A DNA stretch of 64,000 bases from an uncultured Allomuricauda sp. (GTDB taxonomy: Bacteria > Bacteroidota > Bacteroidia > Flavobacteriales > Flavobacteriaceae). The translations under genes were made by a program, and so were the position numbers. The stretch covers positions 1,789,807-1,853,806 of the forward strand of contig OZ220751.1 of the NCBI GenBank assembly GCA_965117065.1, given 5' to 3'. This document shows, in pieces, positions 8,493 to 18,264 of the stretch. The notes under the pieces were generated by a model that was not told the origin of the DNA, ran no database searches, and saw only the letters and a program-made list of their open reading frames with translations. Numbering within the stretch: the first letter of the stretch is position 1; each line of letters starts with the position of its first letter.

Positions 8493-10874
8493 ATGAAAAA
8501 TACCTTTTTGGCCATTGTGCTTTTAATCTCTTCCATGGGATTTTCCCAAACGGGAATCATTAAAGGAATTGTTCTGGACAAACAATCGGAAAGTCCATTG
8601 GAGGGCGCCACCATAGAGCTTTTGAACATGGAAATTGCCACTGGTGTAATCACAGATTTTGACGGTCAATTTACCTTAAAGAATGTTCCAATTGGCAGGC
8701 AAAGTATCCGGATAAGCTATATAGGGTTCGAGGATACATTTGTTCCCAATATTGAGGTTACCACTGGAAAAGATGTGGTGCTCAACATTACTTTAAGGGA
8801 AAGTTTCAACGCGCTAAAGGAAGTCGTGGTTACTTCAAATTCCAATTTGGACAAACCGAGAAACAAAATGGCAACGGTTTCTGCACGGCAATTTGGGATA
8901 GAGGAAGTGGGCAGGTTTTCTGGAGGTCGGGGAGACATTGGAAGATTGGCTGCTAATTTTGCCGGCGTTTCAGCTCCTGATGACAGTAGAAACGATATCA
9001 TTATTCGTGGAAATTCACCAACGGGCCTACTCTGGAGAATAGAAGGAATACCTGTACCCAATCCCAATCACTATTCCTCCGCAGGCACAACTGGTGGCCC
9101 TGTATCTGCCTTGAATCCAAACATGCTCAAAAATTCGGATTTCATTACCTCAGCATTTCCAGCCGAATATGGCAATGCCATAGGTGGAGTTTTCGATATT
9201 GGTTTGCGAAATGGAAATACAGATGACTACGAATTTGCAGCCCAAGTTGGTGCATTTTCAGGTGTGGAGGCCACAGGAGAAGGTCCTTTGGGCAGTAAAG
9301 GTTCTTTTTTGGTTGCTGGAAGGTATTCACTCGTGGGTTTAATTGGGTCTGCCGGGGCGGGAACCTCTGCTAACCCAAATTATGGAGACTTCTCTTTTAA
9401 TCTCAACTTTGGTAAGGGAAAACTTGGCAGCCTATCCCTTTTTGGAATCGGTGGCACCTCCGATATTGACTTCTTGGGGGATAGCATCGAGGCGGATGAT
9501 CTATTTGCTGCAGAAGATGAAGATGCTTATGTAGAATCTGGCTTTGGGGTTATCGGGGTTAAACATACACTTCCGTTTGGAAAAAAATCTTATTTGAGAA
9601 CAGTGGTAGGTTATTCTACTTCATCCAGTAAGTATACCGCAGACCGCTATTTTGAAAAGGATACGCCGCAGGAAACCATTTTGTTATATACCAAGGATGA
9701 TGAAACGGAAAATCGCCTTACATTCTCTACCTTGTTCAATACTAAAATCAACAACAAAATAACATTTAGGACAGGGTTACAGTACGAAAACTTGTCCTTG
9801 GATTATAGCAATCAAGATCGAGAAGAACAAGCTGATTTAGATGGTGACGGATTCTCAGACCTTGTCACCCTAATAGATATGGACGAAAGTCTAGCTCTTC
9901 TTCAACCCTTTGCCCAGGGCCAATTTAGACTATCTAAGAAACTCACACTAAATACGGGCGTACATGGATTGTATAGTAACTTAAACAAGCAATTTGTATT
10001 TGAACCACGAGCCGGACTCAGTTTTGAAGCCAATGACAACCATAGGTTCAGCTTGGGGTATGGCATTCACTCCCAAAATATTCCAACTCCCATTCTATTT
10101 CTAAACGAGGATATTAATGGCAATCCTGTGCAAACCAACAGGGATTTGGAGTTTGTTAAAAGCGCACATTACGTTTTTGGATATGATGTAAAACTGGGAG
10201 ACAAGTGGCGGGCAAAACTAGAAGCTTATTACCAAGATATAGACAATGTCCCTGTTGATTCGTTTTCCTCAAGCTATTCAACCTTGACCGAAGGAGCCGA
10301 TTTCGGATTTAGTACGGATGCAGTATCCTTGGTCAATCAGGGTACAGCATACAATCAAGGAGTTGAGCTAACTTTAGAGAAATTCTTTAGTCAAGATTAT
10401 TACTTGTTGCTCACCTCCTCTTTTTATCAAAGTAAGTACACGGGTAGTGATACTATTGAACGGAACTCGCCATTTAACAATGGCCAAGTAATCAATCTAC
10501 TTGCAGGTAAGGAATTTGCTATAGGAAAATCTAGGAAAAACAAGTTTTTTGTAGATACACGGGCCACCTATTCAGGCGGGAGATACTATACGCCAATAGA
10601 TCTGGAAACTTCAAGGAATATGGGGTATGAAGTATTGTTTGATAATCTAGCCTATAGCCAACAATACGATAGCTATTTCAGGTGGGATGTGAAGTTAGGT
10701 CTTAAAATAAACAGTAAGGGTAAAAAACAATCGCATCAATTTTACGTGGACATGCAGAACCTAACTAATAAAAACAACATCTTTTCCAGAAGGTATAATA
10801 GACTAACCAACAACATTGATCGCGAAGACCAGATTGGTTTCTTTCCGGATTTTGGTTACCGATTTCAATTCTAG
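8493..10874 (+). CDS. TonB-dependent outer-membrane receptor with N-terminal carboxypeptidase-regulatory-like domain
   Basis: 793 aa: signal peptide, then CarbopepD_reg-like region (GIIKGIVLD...GATIELLN), plug and barrel, with a terminal aromatic residue (…YRFQF). Confidence 0.85.
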   Translation: MKNTFLAIVLLISSMGFSQTGIIKGIVLDKQSESPLEGATIELLNMEIATGVITDFDGQFTLKNVPIGRQSIRISYIGFEDTFVPNIEVTTGKDVVLNITLRESFNALKEVVVTSNSNLDKPRNKMATVSARQFGIEEVGRFSGGRGDIGRLAANFAGVSAPDDSRNDIIIRGNSPTGLLWRIEGIPVPNPNHYSSAGTTGGPVSALNPNMLKNSDFITSAFPAEYGNAIGGVFDIGLRNGNTDDYEFAAQVGAFSGVEATGEGPLGSKGSFLVAGRYSLVGLIGSAGAGTSANPNYGDFSFNLNFGKGKLGSLSLFGIGGTSDIDFLGDSIEADDLFAAEDEDAYVESGFGVIGVKHTLPFGKKSYLRTVVGYSTSSSKYTADRYFEKDTPQETILLYTKDDETENRLTFSTLFNTKINNKITFRTGLQYENLSLDYSNQDREEQADLDGDGFSDLVTLIDMDESLALLQPFAQGQFRLSKKLTLNTGVHGLYSNLNKQFVFEPRAGLSFEANDNHRFSLGYGIHSQNIPTPILFLNEDINGNPVQTNRDLEFVKSAHYVFGYDVKLGDKWRAKLEAYYQDIDNVPVDSFSSSYSTLTEGADFGFSTDAVSLVNQGTAYNQGVELTLEKFFSQDYYLLLTSSFYQSKYTGSDTIERNSPFNNGQVINLLAGKEFAIGKSRKNKFFVDTRATYSGGRYYTPIDLETSRNMGYEVLFDNLAYSQQYDSYFRWDVKLGLKINSKGKKQSHQFYVDMQNLTNKNNIFSRRYNRLTNNIDREDQIGFFPDFGYRFQF

Positions 10875-10895
10875 ACAAGAATCAGCCCATTTTGC

Positions 10896-11441
10896 ATGAA
10901 AAAAATAAGTCTTATTTTACTAGCTTTAGTTATTGTTATAATTACTGTTGTTCTAGTGCGAAATACAGAATCAGGCCCAAATTTTTTAGATGCTCAATTT
11001 TCGGAAATTGTGGATTACATCCCCCAACGTGGTCACAAAAACCAAAAAATTTCGAAAGGGGATGTGGCTTGGCACATAGATCATAGCCTTAAGGCTATAA
11101 ATAGAATCTGCGAATCTCTGGAGCGCTCTGATCCCAATAAATTTAGCTCGAGTTTTAGTTTATCAAGAATTTTTGTGTTTACCTCGGGGATTATTCCCCG
11201 AGGTGTTGCACAATCCCCCAAATCCATAAGGCCGCCCAAGGATATAAATACGGACAGTCTGTACTTGCAGCTTGAAGAAGCCAGGAAAAACCTTAAAAAA
11301 ATAGAAAGCTTGGATGCCAATGCACATTTTAGACATCCCTATTTTAAATTGATCAACAAAGAGCAAACCAAACGATTTTTAAAAATCCATACGGAGCATC
11401 ATTTAAAAATCATAAGGGATATTCTAAAAAACTCAAGTTGA
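10896..11441 (+). CDS. Hypothetical membrane-anchored protein, possibly DinB/YfiT-like (DUF1569-type) metal-binding helical bundle
   Basis: 181 aa with an N-terminal TM helix and His motifs WHIDHSL and HTEHHLK. Confidence 0.3.
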   Translation: MKKISLILLALVIVIITVVLVRNTESGPNFLDAQFSEIVDYIPQRGHKNQKISKGDVAWHIDHSLKAINRICESLERSDPNKFSSSFSLSRIFVFTSGIIPRGVAQSPKSIRPPKDINTDSLYLQLEEARKNLKKIESLDANAHFRHPYFKLINKEQTKRFLKIHTEHHLKIIRDILKNSS

Positions 11442-11509
11442 TTCAAAAATTGAATAACCCCCTTGACATTGTTCCACAAATCCCTACATTGTTTTCAAAT
11501 TAATACTAT

Positions 11510-12622
11510 ATGACTGGAATGTGGTATCAAATAAAAAACATTGAGACAGTTGACTCACCTTCTGTGGTTGTTTATAAGGAACATCTTCAATTTAATATTC
11601 GCGAAATGCTATCCAAAGTTGGGGGCAATTCCCAAAGACTGATGCCTCATGTAAAGACCAATAAAATGCCTAGGGTAATGCAATTGCTATTGGATGCCAG
11701 TATTACCAAATTTAAATCCTCCACCATTTCTGAAGCAGAAATTGCGGCAGAAGCTGGTGCAAAATCCGTTCTCATTGCGCATCAGCTGGTCGGCCCCAAG
11801 GTGGATCGCTTCCTTTCGTTGATTTCTCATTTTCCAAACACTTCCTTCTCCACAATTGTGGACTGCATGGACACTGCGGACTTTTTGAATGAAAAAGCGA
11901 GTTCCCTTGGCATGCAACTGAAAATTTACCTCGACATCAACAATGGCATGAATCGTTCCGGCATTTGTGTTGGAAACGACCTAAGCGAACTTGTAAAATT
12001 TGTCATCGATGCTAAAGCTTTGAATTTTAGTGGATTTCATGTGTACGATGGACATTTGCGCGATACAGATTTCTCCATAAGAAATGAAAAAATAGAAAAT
12101 GGATTTCTTGAGGTATCCCAGCTTTTCGAAACCTTAAAAGAAGTGCATCCCAAAATCGAGATGATTTGTGGTGGCACCCCGTCATTCACCTCCCATTTAC
12201 TGAAGAAGAGCAGAATTACCAGTCCGGGCACTTGTGTGTTCTGGGATTGGGGATATTCCGAAAAACTCCAGGAACAAAACTTCAAATATGCTGCCGTTTT
12301 GGTAACCCGAATTATCTCCAAACCAACTGAAGGAATAGTGACCGTAGACTTAGGACATAAATCCGTAGCGCCGGAAAATCCAATCGACAAAAGAGTAAGA
12401 TTTCTCAATTTGGACAACTACGAACTGCTTTCCCAAAGCGAGGAACACGGCGTCATTAAAGTGGAAAACTGGAAAGAGTTAAAGGTAGGGGACATTCTAT
12501 ATGGCATTCCCTATCATATTTGTCCAACCATAAACCTTCACGATGAAGTCTCTGTTATTGAAAATGGGCAAAAAGTGGATGTCTGGGAAATCACTGCCAG
12601 AAAACGCAGGATTCAGTTCTAA
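11510..12622 (+). CDS. PLP-dependent D-TA/DSD1-family enzyme (alanine-racemase-N-domain fold; D-threonine aldolase/D-serine dehydratase-like)
   Basis: 370 aa with the PHVKTNKMP lysine motif and overall DSD1-family layout. Confidence 0.6.
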   Translation: MTGMWYQIKNIETVDSPSVVVYKEHLQFNIREMLSKVGGNSQRLMPHVKTNKMPRVMQLLLDASITKFKSSTISEAEIAAEAGAKSVLIAHQLVGPKVDRFLSLISHFPNTSFSTIVDCMDTADFLNEKASSLGMQLKIYLDINNGMNRSGICVGNDLSELVKFVIDAKALNFSGFHVYDGHLRDTDFSIRNEKIENGFLEVSQLFETLKEVHPKIEMICGGTPSFTSHLLKKSRITSPGTCVFWDWGYSEKLQEQNFKYAAVLVTRIISKPTEGIVTVDLGHKSVAPENPIDKRVRFLNLDNYELLSQSEEHGVIKVENWKELKVGDILYGIPYHICPTINLHDEVSVIENGQKVDVWEITARKRRIQF

Positions 12623-12702
12623 CTCCGTTGGAGGTTACCCATAAACCCTTTCAGATATAGGAATCAAAAAATCATGAGTTGACAATTAGGAAAAGTCCCT
12701 AA

Positions 12703-12737
12703 TAAAAAAGCCCCACTAAAAAGTGGGGCTTTTTTAT
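12703..12737. terminator. Bidirectional rho-independent terminator
   Basis: AGCCCCAC-taaaaa-GTGGGGCT followed by TTTTTT (plus strand) and preceded by AAAAAA (T-run on minus). It sits between convergent 11510..12622 and rpmA. Confidence 0.8.
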
Positions 12738-12753
12738 TTATAGCAATATTTTT

Positions 12754-13014
12754 TTATGCTTCGAAAGGATCAATGGAGACAAATGATTTCCCTCCAGCCT
12801 TCTTTTGAAACTTTACAATACCATCTATTTTGGCATGTAATGTATGGTCTTTACCGGCATAAACATTTTCGCCAGGATTGTGCTTGGTACCACGTTGTCT
12901 AACAATAATGTTACCAGCAACAGCAGCCTGTCCCCCGAATATCTTAACGCCAAGACGTTTCGATTCCGATTCTCTACCGTTTTTTGAACTACCTACACCT
13001 TTCTTATGTGCCAT
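12754..13014 (-). CDS. rpmA: 50S ribosomal protein L27
   Basis: 86 aa [24 protein letters not shown]... is the canonical L27 sequence. Confidence 0.95.
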   Translation of the reverse strand: MAHKKGVGSSKNGRESESKRLGVKIFGGQAAVAGNIIVRQRGTKHNPGENVYAGKDHTLHAKIDGIVKFQKKAGGKSFVSIDPFEA

Positions 13015-13037
13015 GATATATAAATTTTAGTTCTTTC

Positions 13038-13592
13038 CTATTTGTTTAGCGCTTCTATTAGATCTGCTTTCTTCATTGAAGAAATCCCAGCAATTCCTTT
13101 TGCCTTTGCCATTTCTTTCAGCTCAGCTACCGTTTTGGCACTTAAATCCTCTGTTGCCTTCTTAGCAGTCTCCTTCTTTGGAGCAGCTTTCTTAGGAGCT
13201 TCTACTTTTGCTGCCGCCTTTTTAGGGGCTGTAGCGGGCTTTTCAGCTTTTGCTTTCGCGGGGGCTGCTTTTTTAGCACCTTTGGCTACAATACCTTCAA
13301 CAATAATTTCGGTCAAAGACTGTCTGTGTCCGTTTTTAACACGGTATCCTTTACGTCTTTTCTTTTTAAAGACTATTACTTTATCTCCTTTTAAGTGCTT
13401 TACTACTTTGGCCTCAACAGCCGCACCTTCTATGACTGGGGCGCCGATAGTTACGTTACCTCCGTCATCCAAAAGAAGTACTTTATCAAAAGTGACTTTT
13501 TTCCCTTCTTCTGTCTGTAAACGGTGAACGTACACTTTCTGGTCTTTTGCAACTTTAAATTGCTGCCCTGCCATCTCTACAATTGCGTACAT
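13038..13592 (-). CDS. rplU: 50S ribosomal protein L21 with Ala/Lys/Pro-rich C-terminal extension and terminal Rho_N/SAP-like motif
   Basis: The N-terminal ~105 aa is canonical L21 (MYAIVEMAGQQFKV...). A low-complexity AKKAAPAKAKAEKPATAPKKAAAK stretch follows, and the protein ends in TVAELKEMAKAKGIAGISSMKKADLIEALNK. Confidence 0.9.
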   Translation of the reverse strand: MYAIVEMAGQQFKVAKDQKVYVHRLQTEEGKKVTFDKVLLLDDGGNVTIGAPVIEGAAVEAKVVKHLKGDKVIVFKKKRRKGYRVKNGHRQSLTEIIVEGIVAKGAKKAAPAKAKAEKPATAPKKAAAKVEAPKKAAPKKETAKKATEDLSAKTVAELKEMAKAKGIAGISSMKKADLIEALNK

Positions 13593-13693
13593 AATGCGTT
13601 AATTTGATTTATTACTTGTGCTTTACTAAAATTAGCGGGTGCAAATATACTGCTAAATCCTTAATGTACAAGTATTATATGGGCTTTTGAAGA

Positions 13694-14149
13694 TTATTTT
13701 TTTGGATTATTTGAAGTTTTAAAGAGCTGCATAAAAGACAGGGTCAAAACCAAGGTAGTTGCAAACCCCATAATAGCTACGGTAAAAAACACAATCCCTT
13801 CAAAATTACTATAATCCTTGGCCCAAACATCGGAAAGTTCATTCAAAAAAGAGCTGCTCAACTCTGTAGCATACAAAGCAAAAAAGGCCGTGAACAGCAG
13901 GGTAGCTATAAACCCAGTGGTAACTCCAGCTGTAAATCCCTTTCCATAACTAAATCCCTTTCCTTCACGCAATTTGGTGTATTTAATGGTTTCATATATC
14001 CCAAAACCAGTTATCACCCCATTAAAGAGACTATAGAAAACATTGGTATGTTTACCCATAAGGGACAAAATCAGAAAATAGGCCATCAAACAGGCACTGG
14101 TAACAATTCCAAATCGGATAGGGAGTGTGAGATTTTTCATTTTTGCCAA
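13694..14149 (-). CDS. DUF4199-family membrane protein
   Basis: 151 aa with four predicted TM helices, matching the Bacteroidetes DUF4199 pattern. Confidence 0.4.
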   Translation of the reverse strand: MAKMKNLTLPIRFGIVTSACLMAYFLILSLMGKHTNVFYSLFNGVITGFGIYETIKYTKLREGKGFSYGKGFTAGVTTGFIATLLFTAFFALYATELSSSFLNELSDVWAKDYSNFEGIVFFTVAIMGFATTLVLTLSFMQLFKTSNNPKK

Positions 14150-14321
14150 ATTTTTGAGTGGATCCTTAATTTACTGAATGTTGGTGAATTATACCACAAT
14201 TTCTTGTAAAAGACTTCAGCCTTTTCACTTATCTCTTTTAAATTTTATCCTATATTTAGTGTAACATCAAACCTAAACTCCTCACTAATCCTTTTTATAT
14301 ATTTAAACAAATTCCTTTACT

Positions 14322-15644
14322 ATGAAGCGATTTCTACTATCTGGACTTTTCATGCTTATTGCGGGTAATTTTCTTGCGGCACAGGAGGTTTCCTTTGAAG
14401 AGTATGATCTGGACAATGGCCTGCACGTAATTTTGCATCAGGACAATAGCGCTCCCGTGGTAACCACAGCGGTTATGTACCATGTGGGCTCCAAAGATGA
14501 GGACCCTCAAAAAACGGGTTTTGCCCATTTTTTTGAACATTTGTTGTTTGAAGGCACCAAAAACATTGACCGTGGTGAATGGGGTAAAATAGTCTCCTCG
14601 AATGGTGGAAGCGGAAATGCAAACACTTTTTTGGACCGAACATATTACTACGAAACCTTCCCATCCAACAGTTTGGAAACAGGATTATGGTTAGAATCGG
14701 AACGCTTGATGCATCCCATCATTGGACAAGTAGGTGTAGACACCCAAAAAGAGGTGGTACAAGAAGAACGGAGATTACGGGTGGACAATTCACCATATGG
14801 TGCATTTTTTGAGGTGCTCCTAAAAAATCTGTATACTGAACATCCCTACAAATGGGCTGTAATTGGGTCTTTGGACCATTTGGCCAGCGCAACCTTGGAT
14901 GATTTCAAAAATTTCAACCAAACCTATTATGTGCCCAACAATGCGGTTTTGGTGGTAGCAGGGGATATTGAGCCTCAAAAGACCAAAAAAATGATATCTG
15001 ATTATTTTGGCCCCATTCCCAAGGGTGCGGAAATCCAACGAAGAACCGTGGTGGAAAGTCCTATTATAAATACTCGAAAAGCCACTTACCACGACCCAAA
15101 TATTCAGATTCCGGCCATTTTGCTGGCCTATAGAACTCCGGGTCAGGCTGAGAGGGATGCCTATGTAATTGATATGATTTCCACTTACCTCAGTGATGGA
15201 GCAAGCTCTAAACTCTATAAAAAGTTGGTGGACGAGAAAAAGATGGCCCTTCAAATTTTTTCAGTGCCGATAAGTGCAGAAGATTATAGCTCTTATGTGG
15301 TAGGCGGGTTGCCTGTTGGTGAGAATTCAATCCAGGATATCAAAAATGAAATTGATGGCGAGATTCTTAAAATACAATCTGAGTTGATCTCCGAGAAAGA
15401 CTACCAAAAGCTTCAAAACAAGTTTGAAAACAATTTTGTAAACGCCAATAGCGGAGTACAAGGGATTGCCAGTTCCCTTGCGACCAATTATATGTTGAAG
15501 GACAACACCAACTTGATTAACACGGAGATTGACATTTATCGCTCTATAACCCGGGAAGAAATCATGGAAGTGGCCAAAAAGTACTTAAAGGTGAACCAAC
15601 GGGTTGAGTTGGAGTATTTACCAGAACAAAAAGAAGCCAATTAA
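14322..15644 (+). CDS. M16-family zinc peptidase (pitrilysin-like, active subunit)
   Basis: 440 aa with signal peptide and the inverted zinc motif HFFEHLLFEGT (HxxEH). Confidence 0.85.
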   Translation: MKRFLLSGLFMLIAGNFLAAQEVSFEEYDLDNGLHVILHQDNSAPVVTTAVMYHVGSKDEDPQKTGFAHFFEHLLFEGTKNIDRGEWGKIVSSNGGSGNANTFLDRTYYYETFPSNSLETGLWLESERLMHPIIGQVGVDTQKEVVQEERRLRVDNSPYGAFFEVLLKNLYTEHPYKWAVIGSLDHLASATLDDFKNFNQTYYVPNNAVLVVAGDIEPQKTKKMISDYFGPIPKGAEIQRRTVVESPIINTRKATYHDPNIQIPAILLAYRTPGQAERDAYVIDMISTYLSDGASSKLYKKLVDEKKMALQIFSVPISAEDYSSYVVGGLPVGENSIQDIKNEIDGEILKIQSELISEKDYQKLQNKFENNFVNANSGVQGIASSLATNYMLKDNTNLINTEIDIYRSITREEIMEVAKKYLKVNQRVELEYLPEQKEAN

Positions 15645-15645
15645 G

Positions 15646-17718
15646 ATGAAAAAGTATATCATTATTTCTGTACTATCCCTTTTTGTTGCAGTATCACATG
15701 CCCAAATTGATCGTAGTAAACAACCCAAACCCGGACCCGCTCCGGAAATTAATTTAAAGGAACCTGCCCGCTTTGAACTTAAGAACGGGCTTAAGGTCAT
15801 GGTGGTGGAAAACCACAAGTTACCTAGAGTTTCAATGCAGCTAATGATTGACAACCCTCCTATTTTACAGGGGAATAAAGCCGGGGTTTCAGATTTAACT
15901 TCCAGCCTATTGGGAAAAGGGTCCAAAAATATGGCCAAGGAAGATTTTTATGAAGAAGTAGATTTTTTGGGGGCTTCCATTAATATTGGAGATCAAGGTG
16001 CATCAGCAAGCTGCTTGTCCAAATACTTCCCCAGAATCCTGGAGTTGATGGCAGATGCCGCCCTAAACCCCAACTTTACCCAAGAAGAGTTTGACAAGGA
16101 AAAAGATCGCATTCTAACGGGTATAAAATCTGAGGAAAAGGACGTCTCCGCCATTGCAACACGTGTACAACTGGCTTTGGCCTACGGTAAAAGCCACCCT
16201 TATGGTGAAATTACTTCCGAAACAACGGTAAACAATGTCACCTTGGCTGATGTAGAACAGCACTACCGCTCCTATTTTGTGCCGGCCAACGCTTATTTGG
16301 TCGTCATTGGCGACGTTGAGTTTGACAAAGTACAGGAATTGGTTACTACTCAATTTACACCGTGGTCCAAGGCCACTCCACCCTCCTATAGTTATTCCAC
16401 CCCAACGGATGTGCAGTACAATCAGATAAATTTTGTCGACGTTCCCAACGCTGTACAGTCAGAAATTGCGGTGCAAAACATCACTAACCTAAAAATGAAG
16501 GATGGGGATTACTTGCCTGCTCTTCTGGCCAATAGAATTTTAGGCGGTGGTTCACAAGCAAGGCTATACATGAATCTCCGTGAAGACAAGGGGTACACCT
16601 ATGGTTCTTATTCCGGAATACGGGCAAATAAGTATAGCCCTATGCGTTTTAATGCTTATGCCCAAGTAAGAAATATGGTCACAGACAGTTCGGTGGTCCA
16701 AATTCTAAAAGAGATTGATGGCATTGTGAACGAAGCTGTTACCGAAGAGGAATTAACCAATGCTAAAGCCAAGTATGCGGGTAGTTTTGTAATGGCATTG
16801 GAAAATCCAGAAACCGTGGCCAATTATGCCTTAAATATAGAAACTGAGGGTTTACCCAAGGACTTTTATAAAGCCTATTTAGAACGTATAGATGCTGTTA
16901 CCATTGCAGACGTACAACAAGCGGCACAAAAGTACTTTTCAACCTCCAATGCCCGGGTGGTAGTTACGGGAAAAGGAAGCGAAGTCCTCGAAAACCTTGA
17001 AAAGGTGACTTTTAAGGATAGAAAAATCCCTGTTTTGTATTATGACAAACATGCTAGTAAAACAGAAAAACCAGATTACTCCGCACCAATCCCTGAAGGC
17101 GTTACTGTTCAATCCATTTTGGAGAACTATATGAGTGCCATAGGAGGAAAGGAAAAATTAGAAGGTGTGCTGTCTTATGCCATGACCGCTGAAGCAGAAA
17201 TGCAGGGTATGAAGTTGGAGCTGGAAATGAAGAAAACAACCAAACACCAATTCATGCAAGACATTAAAGTGATGGGAAACTCTGTTCAAAAACAAGTATT
17301 GGATGGAGAAAAAGGCTATGCCACAGCCCAAGGTCAGCGTAAAGACCTTACTCCAGAAGAAATAGAACGAATAAAAGAGGAATCAGCGGCATTTCCAGAG
17401 CTAAACTATCTCCTAGCTGGTAATTTAGTCCTTGAAGGCATAGAAGCAATTGGAGACAAAAAAGCATACAAGCTCAAGGTTACCGAAAAAAAATCTTGTT
17501 TTTATGATGTTGAATCTGGGCTTAAACTCCAGGTTGTTAATATTGAAGATGTGCAGGGCCAACAAATGATCAACACCCTTGCCTTTGATGATTATCAGGA
17601 AGTATCCGGAATCAAATTTCCATTTAAAATGACCCAGACTATGGGGCCACAAAACTTTGAGTTTGTGGTAAAGGAAGTTAAAGTGAACGAAGGGGTTACA
17701 GCATCCGATTTTGAATGA
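15646..17718 (+). CDS. M16-family peptidase (long, likely non-catalytic partner subunit)
   Basis: The ORF begins at 15604, but the signal-peptide Met (MKKYIIISVLSLFVAVSHAQ) is at 15646, immediately after the upstream stop. Peptidase_M16 and M16_C domains without an intact HxxEH. Confidence 0.8.
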   Translation: MKKYIIISVLSLFVAVSHAQIDRSKQPKPGPAPEINLKEPARFELKNGLKVMVVENHKLPRVSMQLMIDNPPILQGNKAGVSDLTSSLLGKGSKNMAKEDFYEEVDFLGASINIGDQGASASCLSKYFPRILELMADAALNPNFTQEEFDKEKDRILTGIKSEEKDVSAIATRVQLALAYGKSHPYGEITSETTVNNVTLADVEQHYRSYFVPANAYLVVIGDVEFDKVQELVTTQFTPWSKATPPSYSYSTPTDVQYNQINFVDVPNAVQSEIAVQNITNLKMKDGDYLPALLANRILGGGSQARLYMNLREDKGYTYGSYSGIRANKYSPMRFNAYAQVRNMVTDSSVVQILKEIDGIVNEAVTEEELTNAKAKYAGSFVMALENPETVANYALNIETEGLPKDFYKAYLERIDAVTIADVQQAAQKYFSTSNARVVVTGKGSEVLENLEKVTFKDRKIPVLYYDKHASKTEKPDYSAPIPEGVTVQSILENYMSAIGGKEKLEGVLSYAMTAEAEMQGMKLELEMKKTTKHQFMQDIKVMGNSVQKQVLDGEKGYATAQGQRKDLTPEEIERIKEESAAFPELNYLLAGNLVLEGIEAIGDKKAYKLKVTEKKSCFYDVESGLKLQVVNIEDVQGQQMINTLAFDDYQEVSGIKFPFKMTQTMGPQNFEFVVKEVKVNEGVTASDFE

Positions 17719-17742
17719 AACTTATCAAACCAATTAATTGAT

Positions 17743-17780
17743 AAAGGCGCTTCTTTTAAGGAGCGTCTTTTTTATTTTGA
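17743..17780 (+). terminator. Rho-independent terminator after the M16 peptidase operon
   Basis: AAAGGCGCTTC-ttttaa-GGAGCGTCTTT (11-bp stem with two G-U pairs) followed by TTTTTTATTTT. Confidence 0.6.
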
Positions 17781-17821
17781 TTTGCATTATCCTTAATTTT
17801 GCAACGCAAATCAACCAACAC

Positions 17822-18196
17822 GTGAAACGGTTCGCCGCGCACATTTTTGTTCTCCTCTACCTCCTGGCAATGGTTAGGCCTGTTATCCCTTTGGCAGAGT
17901 ACATTATCTATGAAGATTACATTGCGGAGTTTCTCTGTATCAACAAAGACAAAACAGAATTGCAGTGTAACGGAAAATGTTATTTAATGCAGCGTCTTTC
18001 CGAGCAAAATGAGGAGAAGAAGCAAAATCTTCCGAAAATTGCTTTAGAGGAGTACCCAATAGGTTTTGTGGAACTTGCATTCTTTTCTTCGGATACAATT
18101 GAACATCTTCCGTTTCAAAACGATTTTGACTATCACAACCATTACACTTATTTATTCTGCACTTACAATTTTCATCCACCCAGTAACCTTTCTTAG
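17822..18196 (+). CDS. Hypothetical membrane-anchored Cys/His-rich protein (start uncertain: TTG 17738, GTG 17822 or ATG 17870)
   Basis: The ORF-track TTG start at 17738 overlaps the upstream terminator. The downstream part has an N-terminal TM helix plus CINKDKTELQCNGKCY and HLPFQNDFDYHNHYTYLFCTYNFHP. Confidence 0.35.
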   Translation: MKRFAAHIFVLLYLLAMVRPVIPLAEYIIYEDYIAEFLCINKDKTELQCNGKCYLMQRLSEQNEEKKQNLPKIALEEYPIGFVELAFFSSDTIEHLPFQNDFDYHNHYTYLFCTYNFHPPSNLS

Positions 18197-18264
18197 TTTT
18201 TACTGTTCTCAAATTTTTTTAAGGCGAAACTCATAAAATCGCCCAAACTTCAATTTAAAACCGG

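Noticed and set aside
13042-13527. 161-aa plus-strand ORF rich in Ala/Phe/Leu
   Set aside because: It lies entirely antisense to the Ala/Lys-rich tail of rplU and is a low-complexity shadow ORF. The same applies to many other internal antisense ORFs in the track (e.g. 5043..5450, 5530..5898, 31267..31803, 34743..35108, 42917..43267, 46293..46625, 61752..62294).
17738-17870. TTG start at 17738 for the 152-aa ORF
   Set aside because: It would begin inside the terminator hairpin of the upstream M16 operon. A GTG at 17822 or the ATG at 17870 is more plausible.
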